A stretch of DNA of 57,293 bases. It comes from Patescibacteria group bacterium. GTDB lineage: Bacteria > Patescibacteriota > Kazan-3B-28 > UBA10110. Below the pieces are notes generated by a model. That model saw nothing but the letters and a program-made list of their open reading frames with translations, ran no database searches and was not told where the DNA came from. Location of the stretch: positions 1 through 57,293 of the forward strand of contig JAZDKW010000002.1 of assembly GCA_043802665.1 (NCBI GenBank), given 5' to 3'. Shown piece by piece: positions 27,499 through 36,037 of the stretch (position 1 is the first letter of the stretch; each line of letters begins with the position of its first letter). Both the position numbers and the translations under genes were made by a program.

Positions 27499-27802
27499 AC
27501 CTTCGCCTCCTTATGTCGATGAATAAGAGCGAAGGTTGCCCTCCGAAGCCCGCGACAGCGAATCGGCGAAGGATGGGCTGGCTACGGTTGGCTGCGCCGC
27601 TCAATGTATCCTTCCGGACAATTAAAGAAGATTGCTCTACGAGCATGTCCCGCGCATGCTGGGATACGGGCCGATTTGTAATTTGGGAAATTGACTTCGC
27701 CAATTTAGGAGAAATAGGATTGCGCATGGTTTTATTGCGTGGGGGCAGTTTTCTGGTAAAATGAGCTTAATATCTTGATCTTTGACAGCGGAGGTTTTGT
27801 TT

Positions 27803-28558
27803 ATGACAATCGACAACGATGAATTGGATTCTCTGGAATCCACTATTGACGACCTTGAAAAGGATGTACCAGCACTACTTGATCTGTGCCAGAGTGCCCC
27901 CAGCGTATACGAGGAACAAATAACCGAGTTAAGGCAACAGGTAGCAACCCTCACGAGAGATAATCAAGAGTTGCAAGATCTATTGAAAGTGGCAGAAGAA
28001 GAATGCACAGGATTAAAATTAAAGATCGGTGAAACGGAGGAACAGATTCGGGAGCTACAACGCCACAAGAAGAATAGTAAAGCAGACATTGAGTCTCTCA
28101 GAAAAGAAAACAAGAGGCTCAAACAAGATGCAGAAAGATTGATTTGCATTCTTGATGATGTGGTAGATGGTTTGCAAAGGGAAGAGACAGCGGAAGTTGC
28201 CGATGAGGCTTCTTCTTGTGATCACCAACTTGTTACTGGTGTTTTGGTCGGCTGTGGTGATGATTTCTGGGCTCGTTACAATATGCGGCAGTTGGGTAAA
28301 TTTTCAAAAGGGTGTCCAACAATCAGTTTCCTGGATGATCCCATATTAATGCTAAGTGGATCCAAATGCCCACCTATTCCCAAGGTAAATGTTGTAGTGT
28401 TAATAACCAGCGGGTTAACCCATACGGACAGTGATTCTGTGCGAACAATGGGCAAGAGTATGGGTGCGCACTTTATTGATGGTTATAGGGCATCGTTCAT
28501 GATCAAAGTTTTGAATGAATGGATTAAAAATCCGACATTTGCATCAGCATCTGCCTAA
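27803..28558 (+). CDS. Coiled-coil protein with C-terminal DUF2325-like domain
   Basis: The N-terminal 130 aa are heptad-rich (ELRQQVATLTRDNQELQDLLK...). The C-terminal VNVVVLITSGLTHTDSDSVRTMGKSMGAHFI resembles the DUF2325 motif. ATG 27803 lies 9 nt after GGAGG. Confidence 0.6.
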   Translation: MTIDNDELDSLESTIDDLEKDVPALLDLCQSAPSVYEEQITELRQQVATLTRDNQELQDLLKVAEEECTGLKLKIGETEEQIRELQRHKKNSKADIESLRKENKRLKQDAERLICILDDVVDGLQREETAEVADEASSCDHQLVTGVLVGCGDDFWARYNMRQLGKFSKGCPTISFLDDPILMLSGSKCPPIPKVNVVVLITSGLTHTDSDSVRTMGKSMGAHFIDGYRASFMIKVLNEWIKNPTFASASA

Positions 28559-28582
28559 GCTGGCATTATAGAAGTTTTTCAA

Positions 28583-28605
28583 CCCCTCTCAATAGAGGGG
28601 TTTTT
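28583..28605 (+). terminator. Intrinsic terminator
   Basis: CCCCTCT-CAAT-AGAGGGG followed by TTTTT. Confidence 0.8.
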
Positions 28606-28779
28606 ACATATCTTGGGGATGCAGGCTATGTCGCTCGCGAGCGACGCGGCGTATTATAATAAACAGTTATGATATTTCTACAACAGTATAACCCCACCCA
28701 TCCTCCCCTTATCTTAAGGGGAGGAGAAGAGAGAGGAGATTCATCACCCCCTCTTAAGATAAGAGAGGTAAGGGGAGTT

Positions 28780-29991
28780 ATGAATACCATTGCTATCAAC
28801 CAGGCGCCTTTGGCGGATCGGGTGCGGCCGAGTGGGCTGGAGGGGTTTTTTGGTCAGGAAGAATTGGTGGGCGAAAAATCGTTTTTACGGCAAGCGATCG
28901 CGACCGATACAACCCCCTCAATGGTTTTATGGGGTCCGCCGGGGAGCGGCAAGACCACCCTGGCCTATATTATTTCGAAACAAACTAACGCCGATTTTAT
29001 CCAAATCTCGGCAGTTAGTAGCGGCCTCAAAGATTTACGAGAAATCTTGGTCCGGGCGGAAGCTAATCGACAAACTGGCAAAAAGACAATTTTGTTTATT
29101 GATGAAATTCATCGCTGGAACAAAGCTCAACAAGATGCCTTGCTTCCTTATGTAGAAAAAGGAATCATCATTTTGATTGGCGCTACTACCGAAAATCCCA
29201 GTTTTGAAGTTAACTCCGCTTTAATTTCTCGGACGCGGGTGTTAGTACTACATAAATTAGATGAGAAAGCGATCAGAAAGATTTTGGATAACGCCTTGCA
29301 GGATAAAACTAACGGGTTGGGGAATGCAAACATAGAAATTTCTGATGAAAGCTTAGATTTAATTTCCCACGTAGCGAATGGCGATGCCCGGATGGCCTTG
29401 AATACTTTAGAGGTATGTGTTGGGCAGAATCAGCCCATTACATCCGAAGTAATCAAACAAGTTCTGCAAAAGATGCATCTTCAATACGATAAAACCGGCG
29501 AAGAACATTACAATATTATCTCCGCTCTGCATAAATCGCTCCGGGGCGGCGATGCGCACGCTTCGTTGTATTGGTTGGCCCGAATGTTGGAAGCGGGAGA
29601 AGATCCTTTATATGTCGCCCGGAGATTAGTGCGGTTTGCTTCGGAAGATGTGGGATTGGCAGATAATTTTGCCGTGGTCTTGGCGAATAATGTCTTTGAA
29701 GTCTGCCAGAAAATCGGGATGCCAGAATGTTCAGTCCATTTAACCCAATTAGTGATTTATCTTGCCCGTGCCAAGAAAAATATCGTAGCTTACCAGGCCT
29801 ATAGTTTAGCTAAAGATGATGTAGAAAAATATGGCAATCTGCCCGTGCCTTTGCATTTACGCAATGCCCCCACCAAACTAATGAAAGAATTGAAATATGG
29901 CGAAGGATATAAATATACCCCAATAGAAGATAGTTCAATCCAAACTTATTTACCCGAAGAACTCAAATCCCGCGAATATTTCCATGAATAA
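28780..29991 (+). CDS. rarA: Replication-associated recombination protein A (AAA+ ATPase)
   Basis: LWGPPGSGKTT, ILFIDEIHRWNK, GATTENPSF and the MgsA C-terminal helical domain. The ORF track start at 28669 would translate a REP-like repeat. Confidence 0.9.
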   Translation: MNTIAINQAPLADRVRPSGLEGFFGQEELVGEKSFLRQAIATDTTPSMVLWGPPGSGKTTLAYIISKQTNADFIQISAVSSGLKDLREILVRAEANRQTGKKTILFIDEIHRWNKAQQDALLPYVEKGIIILIGATTENPSFEVNSALISRTRVLVLHKLDEKAIRKILDNALQDKTNGLGNANIEISDESLDLISHVANGDARMALNTLEVCVGQNQPITSEVIKQVLQKMHLQYDKTGEEHYNIISALHKSLRGGDAHASLYWLARMLEAGEDPLYVARRLVRFASEDVGLADNFAVVLANNVFEVCQKIGMPECSVHLTQLVIYLARAKKNIVAYQAYSLAKDDVEKYGNLPVPLHLRNAPTKLMKELKYGEGYKYTPIEDSSIQTYLPEELKSREYFHE

Positions 29992-30008
29992 ATGTGTATA
30001 ATACCAAT

Positions 30009-30530
30009 ATGAAGAAATGGTGGTTAATTTTGCCGTTGGTGTTTTTGAGCTGGGGAGTAGCACTGCCGGCGCAAGCGGTTTGTCCAGTGTGTACGGGGGC
30101 AGTGATAGTTGGATTAGGGATTTCGCGTTGGTTGGGCGTGGATGACAGCATCACCGGGCTTTGGATCGGTGGAGTGTTGGCGATGGTAACTCTTTGGACA
30201 ATCAATTGGCTCAAAAAAAGAGAGATTAATTGGCTGTTGAAGTGGTGGCCATTGGGAAAATTGACCGTCTGGTTGGGCTATGCTGTGTTTCTATTTGGTG
30301 GCTTGTATCTATATGGTTCCTTTGGCCATCCCTTAAATCAATTGTGGGGGATAGATAAATTACTGTTGGGTATGTCGATAGGTGTCGGTGCGACTTACGG
30401 AATAGTCAACTTGTACTATTGGTTGAAAAGACGAAACAATAATAGGTCGTATTTTCCTTTTCAGCGGACAATGATGACCTTGACCGGATTAATCATTCTT
30501 AGTGTGATTTTTTATTTTTTAAGTAAATAA
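30009..30530 (+). CDS. Membrane protein, function unknown
   Basis: Signal-like N-terminus (MKKWWLILPLVFLSWG) and 4-5 TM helices. Confidence 0.65.
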   Translation: MKKWWLILPLVFLSWGVALPAQAVCPVCTGAVIVGLGISRWLGVDDSITGLWIGGVLAMVTLWTINWLKKREINWLLKWWPLGKLTVWLGYAVFLFGGLYLYGSFGHPLNQLWGIDKLLLGMSIGVGATYGIVNLYYWLKRRNNNRSYFPFQRTMMTLTGLIILSVIFYFLSK

Positions 30531-30540
30531 TTACGTAATT

Positions 30541-30576
30541 TAGTAAGTAATATAGTAAGTACTATAGTAAGTAATA
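30541..30576 (+). repeat. 12-bp tandem repeat x3 (TAGTAAGTAMTA) abutting the start codon of 30577
   Basis: TAGTAAGTAATA TAGTAAGTACTA TAGTAAGTAATA ATG. Confidence 0.8.
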
Positions 30577-31107
30577 ATGGCAGATAAAATCCAAAATTTA
30601 GATGCATTCATTCAAAAAGTGGATGCGATGAAGAAGGAAAACAAGCTGGACCTCTCTTCCGATCAGGATTTGAGCATCGCCATTATGAATTTGGTGAGTT
30701 TGGAGGAACATTTCTTTTTCACTGCCGCGAAAACCGAAAAAGAGAAGTATTACGATTTTATCGGCGAGATTCGGGAGATGCGGAAGTCCTTGATGCAAAA
30801 AATCGTAAAAAATCCCGAAGGGGAAATTTGGTGTATCTCCAAGCATTTATTAGCGGCCTCAATGCGGTTGATGGAAGTCGGCAATAAGCAATTAGGATTG
30901 GGCCGGAAAGAAGAGGCCTATGATTTATTCCAGAAATCCTACCAGCTCTATAATTTGTTCTGGGGACTAAATATGAATTTGATTGATGTCGGCGAGATCA
31001 AAAAGATAGATGAAGACGCTATCAATAAAAAAGACACCGAAAAGAAAGGTTTCTTAGGAAAATTAGGTGATGTTTTAAAAAAAGCCCTGAATTGCTGTCG
31101 GGAGTAA
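30577..31107 (+). CDS. Hypothetical protein (176 aa)
   Basis: Helical-looking sequence with no recognised motif. It occupies the position upstream of rplK but has no NusG/KOW features. Confidence 0.6.
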   Translation: MADKIQNLDAFIQKVDAMKKENKLDLSSDQDLSIAIMNLVSLEEHFFFTAAKTEKEKYYDFIGEIREMRKSLMQKIVKNPEGEIWCISKHLLAASMRLMEVGNKQLGLGRKEEAYDLFQKSYQLYNLFWGLNMNLIDVGEIKKIDEDAINKKDTEKKGFLGKLGDVLKKALNCCRE

Positions 31108-31156
31108 TTTACTGCTCTGGTTGACAAAAACAACCAGTTAATCAATAATATGCCTT

Positions 31157-31579
31157 ATGGCTAAGAAGATTAAAGCTAAGGTGAAATTGCAATGCCCGGC
31201 GGGCAAAGCCAATCCGGCGCCTCCTGTAGGCACGGCTTTAGGTCCTCACGGTATCCAGATTATGGAGTTTTGCAATCAGTTTAATGAAAAGACCCGGGAG
31301 ATGGGGGATACCATTATCCCAGCGGTTGTTACTATCTACGAGGATCGCAGCTTTGATTTTATTTTGAAACAGCCCCCAATGTCGGTGCTGATTAGAAAAG
31401 CGGCGGGCATTGAAAAAGGTTCTGGTAAACCCAATAAAGAAAAGGTAGCTAAACTGACTAAGGCTCAAGTGCGGGAAGTCGCAGAAAAAAAGATGTCGGA
31501 TTTGAATGCGAATGATATTGAAGCGGCAGCCAAAATTGTGGAAGGCACTGCCCGCAGTATGGGGGTAGAAACAGAATAA
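31157..31579 (+). CDS. rplK: 50S ribosomal protein L11
   Basis: [33 protein letters not shown]... Confidence 0.95.
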   Translation: MAKKIKAKVKLQCPAGKANPAPPVGTALGPHGIQIMEFCNQFNEKTREMGDTIIPAVVTIYEDRSFDFILKQPPMSVLIRKAAGIEKGSGKPNKEKVAKLTKAQVREVAEKKMSDLNANDIEAAAKIVEGTARSMGVETE

Positions 31580-31783
31580 TTAATAAAGGGACCAGGATTA
31601 AGAGGTTTTAAATCCCCCTCCTGCCAGAGGAGGGGCGAGGGGAGGAGGGAGTAGATTAAGCACTCCCCACCTAACCTCCCCTCCGTAAGGGGAGGAACTA
31701 ATCGCTGTCCAGTAGTCTATAGTTACTAAATAATTGTGGGACCTGACCCAAGAGGTTAGGGTTTGTACCACGAGGAGGTAAAA

Positions 31784-32575
31784 ATGGCAGAAGAGAAAAA
31801 GAAGAGAGTGGTCAAGAAGTCGGCCAAAGCTAAGGCCGAGACTTCGGATAAACCGAAAAAAGATAAGAAAAAATCTCCGATCGATAAAATGGGCTGGGGC
31901 AAAAAGTATTGCGAAGCGGCCAAATTGGTGGATAAAAATAAGTTTTATCCGATCACCGAGGCAATGGAACTACTGACTAAAACTTCTCCGGTTAAATTTG
32001 ATGCCACAGTAGAAGCACATATCCAAACTGGATTGGATCCCAAAAAAGCCGATCAGAATTTGCGAGGAGTAGTATCAATGCCGGCTGGTTTAGGCAAAAC
32101 CATCAAGATTTTAGTGTTTGCCGAAGGGGCTGATGCCACAGACGCTAAAAAAGCAGGAGCAGATTATGTGGGCAGTGAAGATTTGGTGGATAAAATTAAA
32201 GGCGGTTGGTTAGATTTTGATCTCGCTATCGCCACGCCTAATTTAATGCCTAAAATCGGCCAATTAGGTAAAACTTTGGGCACTAAAGGCTTGATGCCAA
32301 ATCCCAAGAGTGGCACGGTAACGGCTGACCCGGCTAAAGCGGTGGACGAATTTAAAAAAGGTAAAGTAGAGTTTAAATTAGACAAGGATGCGATTGTGCA
32401 CCTGGGCTTTGGTAAGATCTCTTTGGGCGTTGACGGCTTAACTAAAAACTTTACAACTTTGTACAGAGCAATTATGGCGGCTAAACCCGCAAGCACTAAG
32501 GGCATCTACATTAAAAAGATTTCCTTAGCTTCCAGCATGGGTCCCGGCATCAAAGTTGATTTATCCAGCTTATAA
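31784..32575 (+). CDS. rplA: 50S ribosomal protein L1 with lysine-rich N-terminal extension
   Basis: ETVEAHIQTGLDPKKADQNLRG...VFA and GKTLGTKGLMPNPKSGTVT. ATG 31784 follows GGAGG. About 35 extra basic residues at the N-terminus. Confidence 0.9.
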   Translation: MAEEKKKRVVKKSAKAKAETSDKPKKDKKKSPIDKMGWGKKYCEAAKLVDKNKFYPITEAMELLTKTSPVKFDATVEAHIQTGLDPKKADQNLRGVVSMPAGLGKTIKILVFAEGADATDAKKAGADYVGSEDLVDKIKGGWLDFDLAIATPNLMPKIGQLGKTLGTKGLMPNPKSGTVTADPAKAVDEFKKGKVEFKLDKDAIVHLGFGKISLGVDGLTKNFTTLYRAIMAAKPASTKGIYIKKISLASSMGPGIKVDLSSL

Positions 32576-32658
32576 TTTACATTGGACTGTCATCCTGGGC
32601 CATTTTCACGTCATTCTGAAATAAATTCAGAATGACAAATAAAAAAAGGAGAAATTTT

Positions 32659-33093
32659 ATGTTCGTTAAAATCAAGCGAATTGATAAAACGTTGCCTCTG
32701 CCGGTTTATAAAACAGCTGGCGCGGTGGCATTTGATTTAATTTTGCGAGAAAGCGCCACAATAATGCCAGGGGAGATTAAAAGAATCCCCTGTAATGTGG
32801 TGGTGGAAATTCCCGAGGGTTATATGCTGATGTTGGCACCGCGGAGTAGCTTGCCTTACAAAAAACCCGGTATCATCCAAGCTAATATGGTGGGGATTAT
32901 TGATCAGGATTTTTGTGGGCCCAATGATGAATTGCAGTTCTCGGCTCACAATGTGAGCGACCACCCGATTACCGTGGAACGAGGGGAAACCCTTAGCCAA
33001 GCAGTATTTGTCAAAATCGAAAAAGCAGAATTCGTCGAAGTAGAAGAGATGTCTGCTCCCGATCGCGGCGGTTTTGGTAGCACTGACAAATAA
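32659..33093 (+). CDS. dut: dUTP diphosphatase
   Basis: AGAVAFDL, PRSS, GIIDQDFCG and the C-terminal RGGFGSTD motif. Confidence 0.85.
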   Translation: MFVKIKRIDKTLPLPVYKTAGAVAFDLILRESATIMPGEIKRIPCNVVVEIPEGYMLMLAPRSSLPYKKPGIIQANMVGIIDQDFCGPNDELQFSAHNVSDHPITVERGETLSQAVFVKIEKAEFVEVEEMSAPDRGGFGSTDK

Positions 33094-33110
33094 AAAAGGA
33101 GGAGCACGAT

Positions 33111-33746
33111 ATGCGCGGATTGTTCATTGTCTTTGAGGGGATCGATGGCGCCGGAACTGGCACTCAAATCCGATTGCTCAAAAAAAGATTGGAAGATCTT
33201 GGCCACATTGTGCATGACGAGGAAGAGCCATCAGAGCATCGGTTGCCATTTGGCAAGCAGGCGGATGATGTGCTGAAGAAGATAATTTCACATCCGGGGG
33301 ATAAAGAATTACAAATTCTGATGGTCAAGGATCGGGCACAGCATGTCAAACAAATCCAATCTTGGCTGGCATTGGGCCACATTGTGATTTGTTCGCGCTA
33401 CCTTTACTCTACCTTGGTCTATGGCCAAGCTAGCGATGTTCCTTATGATGAGCTTTGGGAAATGAACAAGAATTTCCCTCGGCCAAATATGGCCTTTTAT
33501 CTTGACATAACTGCCGAGGAATCAATCAGACGGGTTAAACGACGCGGAGCTCCACTGGAATATTTCGAGGTTCTGGAATTCCAAAAAAAAGTGCGAGGCC
33601 TATTTTCAGACATGATTGGCAGGCCAGAATTTCCAGAATTGCGCCTGATTAATGGGAAGTTGCATCCAAAAGAAGTGCACGAGCATGTTTGCCGGTTGGT
33701 CCAACCGTTCTTGCCAAGAGGACCAATCGTTTCTATCAGGAGTTAG
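33111..33746 (+). CDS. Thymidylate kinase-like protein with non-canonical P-loop
   Basis: Overall Tmk layout (IVFEGIDGAGTGTQ...CSRYLYSTLVYG). The P-loop Lys (GxGK[ST]T) reads GAGTGT and the DR(Y/H) Asp reads S. Confidence 0.65.
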   Translation: MRGLFIVFEGIDGAGTGTQIRLLKKRLEDLGHIVHDEEEPSEHRLPFGKQADDVLKKIISHPGDKELQILMVKDRAQHVKQIQSWLALGHIVICSRYLYSTLVYGQASDVPYDELWEMNKNFPRPNMAFYLDITAEESIRRVKRRGAPLEYFEVLEFQKKVRGLFSDMIGRPEFPELRLINGKLHPKEVHEHVCRLVQPFLPRGPIVSIRS

Positions 33747-33762
33747 GTTAACTTGAACATTC

Positions 33763-33797
33763 AAAAAGCCCGGACGTTAAGCCCGGGCGGTTTTTTT
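33763..33797. terminator. Bidirectional terminator between the convergent tmk-like and ThyX-like genes
   Basis: AAAAAGCCCGG...CCGGGCGG followed by TTTTTTT. Confidence 0.65.
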
Positions 33798-33815
33798 ATT
33801 GGGTGCAAATGAAAG

Positions 33816-35183
33816 TTACACTTTCCGTTGGAGAGGAAAGAAACGATCACAGTCAATCTTGAGATCGCGACCGCAATAACGTACCCCCTCGCCACATTTG
33901 CCTGATTGGAAACAGGGTGGTGCTAAATGCGCCAGAAATTCATCGGTGCAGTTGGGTTCATCAGCGATTTTATTCCGTAGCTGGCTGGAAATTCCATAGA
34001 TCTCCTGCTGAGTGCACCAGCATAATCTCTTTTCCTGCTCGTGCAATATGGCATTTACGTCCCCGCTCTTGGTGTATTCCACCATAGTTCCATAAGGGGC
34101 TAAGGTCTGAGCAAGCGCCGGATGTAGTCCGCTAGTCAGATCGGACCATATCCGGTATATAGAATAGATTTGATGCGTCAGATCCATTTCCCTAAGGATA
34201 GGGGGGCAATAGAACAGACCTGTCCACTGGACTGGGCCACGATTGATGCGGCGATGACGCTGGTCTTGTCCCATGGTTGCCAGAGAGATCATCACCCATG
34301 TTTTGATAGTGAGATTGTTGTTAGGCATGAACTTGGGATTATAGTATAGGGTGTCGATCGGATGCAAGTCGCCAAATTCAGGGTAGACCACATGACGCAG
34401 ATCACTTACTGACTGTATCTCGCAAGCGGGGTAGTTTACGTGCCAAGTCCTATTGGACTCCATGGGTTTGGGTTGAGATATAGTTGCAGGAGTGGGTTGC
34501 CGTTGGAACATATAGTCCAGTGATGGTTCGATGGATAGGATCCGTTGGGCCATCTCTTCAGTGAGATGAACCATAACCGGATCCCAGGAGACGCGGTAGA
34601 GGGCGGCCAATGTCGACAGGTTGATGGTGAAAGCGACCGCCGTGGGGAAGATTACTGGTATCACCATTCGTAGCTGCTCTTGGGCAAATTTTTTGGCATT
34701 CTGTCCGATGTATTGATCATTTGCCTCGGGCCGTTCTTTTCTAATGAAATCGGCCGCGATTATTGTTGCCCGATCGATATTGTCCTTGAATGTAGTCTGG
34801 CATAGGTTAATGTAATGTTCGATGCGGAAGCGTTGGTCGTCTGTTGTTTCAGGATAAAATTCCTGGACAAAGGCCATAATGTCTTTGATCGCGTCGGGGT
34901 CGGAGAACATACCGAAGCAAAATCTACCCGATCGTTGGCTGCTGACGTTGAAGTTCATATTAAGATGCAGCCCCAGAGTAATACTGCCAATGGGAACACC
35001 CTCTATGAAGAAGGTGAAATAGAGGTGCTGGATGACGGTGTGATGGCCAACCTTGAAAATTCTGTTCTCGATGTCGATGGTTTTGTCATCGACTGGCTCA
35101 GTAGCTTCATAACAAGTACGTGCCGCCTTGGACATTAATGTTAGTAGGTTAGTGTCCGGTTTAGAAAGAAGTTTAACTTGCAT
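33816..35183 (-). CDS. Tandem-domain ThyX-like (flavin-dependent thymidylate synthase family) protein with Cys-rich C-terminus
   Basis: 455 aa. The N-half has HHTVIQHLYFTFFIEG...LHLNMNFNVSSQRSGRF, so the ThyX RHR-x7-SQRY spacing is kept but RHR is lost. The C-half has GQDQRHRRINRG, so RHR is kept but the Ser is lost. The tail has CWC...C...C...C...C. Confidence 0.55.
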   Translation of the reverse strand: MQVKLLSKPDTNLLTLMSKAARTCYEATEPVDDKTIDIENRIFKVGHHTVIQHLYFTFFIEGVPIGSITLGLHLNMNFNVSSQRSGRFCFGMFSDPDAIKDIMAFVQEFYPETTDDQRFRIEHYINLCQTTFKDNIDRATIIAADFIRKERPEANDQYIGQNAKKFAQEQLRMVIPVIFPTAVAFTINLSTLAALYRVSWDPVMVHLTEEMAQRILSIEPSLDYMFQRQPTPATISQPKPMESNRTWHVNYPACEIQSVSDLRHVVYPEFGDLHPIDTLYYNPKFMPNNNLTIKTWVMISLATMGQDQRHRRINRGPVQWTGLFYCPPILREMDLTHQIYSIYRIWSDLTSGLHPALAQTLAPYGTMVEYTKSGDVNAILHEQEKRLCWCTQQEIYGISSQLRNKIADEPNCTDEFLAHLAPPCFQSGKCGEGVRYCGRDLKIDCDRFFPLQRKV

Positions 35184-35332
35184 ATAGGAGGAACCTCCGA
35201 GTCGTTATCGTGATATTTATGTCAAGATACGTGATAGAATTTGATTTTTCATTATAGCAGATAGATTTGGTAGGGGGGGATTGAACGGCTCAACGGGTTG
35301 AGCCGTTCAGGGAGCCGTTTAAAAAGGGCTGG

Positions 35333-35361
35333 TTGACAGGGATCGGGCATCATAGTATTAT
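35333..35361 (+). promoter_or_regulatory. sigma70-like promoter (TTGACA-17 nt-TATTAT), preceded by an AACGGCTCAAC-GGG-TTGAGCCGTT hairpin as in module B
   Basis: The consensus -35 hexamer and upstream block are homologous to 19314-19350 and 53195-53250. Confidence 0.55.
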
Positions 35362-35367
35362 CCAAAT

Positions 35368-35507
35368 ATCCTTTGAAGACCGTGGGTATCCACTCCGCTA
35401 CGAGCAGAGGGAGTAAAACCTACCGAGAAGGAACCACTGATTTCACTGATCAGGGATAGATTCCACTGATCAGGGCTGAACAGGGTTCGTCTCGGACGAA
35501 CTTTTTT
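35368..35507 (+). ncRNA. Candidate about 140-nt leader or small RNA ending in an intrinsic terminator (35485-35507)
   Basis: The promoter at 35333 is followed by non-coding sequence. Hairpin GTTCGTC-TCG-GACGAAC plus TTTTTT ends 4 nt before ATG 35512. Confidence 0.35.
35433..35455 (+). repeat. Left inverted repeat flanking the GxxExxY gene
   Basis: ACCACTGATTTCACTGATCAGGG matches the reverse complement of 35901-35923 (ACCACTGATTACACTGATGAACC) at 18 of the first 19 positions. Confidence 0.65.
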
Positions 35508-35511
35508 AAAA

Positions 35512-35877
35512 ATGTATCCAGAAGCAGATATTACATATGCAATTAGGGGGTCGGCATTTGATGTCTACAACCAACTGGGCCCCGGGTTACGGGAAGCGAT
35601 CTATCAGAGAGCCTTGGTAAAAAAGTTGATTGATCAAGGTTGGGTTTGCGAACTGGAAAAAATAGTTGATGTGCCGTTAGACGGTAAAACTCTCATCAAG
35701 CAGAAAATAGATTTGCTTGTTGCGAATAAGGTCTTAGTGGAAGTCAAAGCCAAAGGAAGTTTGTTGCCAATAGACGAAGCGCAGACGATTGCTTATCTAA
35801 AAGTTTCAGGGGTCCAGGTCGGGTTACTTATTAACTTTAGTTCCAGGCCCATCCAAATCAAACGTTTCGTCAATTAA
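35512..35877 (+). CDS. GxxExxY-family protein (PD-(D/E)XK-like)
   Basis: GPGLREAIYQRAL...DLLVANKVLVEVKA...EAQTIAYLKVSGVQVGLLINF. Confidence 0.8.
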   Translation: MYPEADITYAIRGSAFDVYNQLGPGLREAIYQRALVKKLIDQGWVCELEKIVDVPLDGKTLIKQKIDLLVANKVLVEVKAKGSLLPIDEAQTIAYLKVSGVQVGLLINFSSRPIQIKRFVN

Positions 35878-35893
35878 CATTAGTTATCAGTGT

Positions 35894-36027
35894 CATCTGT
35901 GGTTCATCAGTGTAATCAGTGGTAACTAAATCAGTATTTTATCACTGTAATCTTGTTTTGATCTGTGCCATCCGTGGTTTATCAGTGTAATCAGTGGTAA
36001 CTAAATCAGTATTTTATCAGTGTAATC
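35894..36027 (+). repeat. 75-bp tandem direct repeat (1.8 copies) containing the right inverted repeats (35901-35923, 35976-35998)
   Basis: CATCYGTGGTTYATCAGTGTAATCAGTGGTAACTAAATCAGTATTTTATCASTGTAATCT occurs twice and ends at the rplJ start. Confidence 0.8.
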
Positions 36028-36037
36028 TGTGGTTAAG

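Noticed and set aside
28669-28779. N-terminal 37-aa extension of RarA (ORF track start 28669), and likewise 22209-22346 and 47072-47287
   Set aside because: These segments translate REP-like palindromic repeats (CCTCCCCT...AGGGGAGG and GTCATCCTGAGCG...). Proper starts with SD or conserved N-termini lie downstream.
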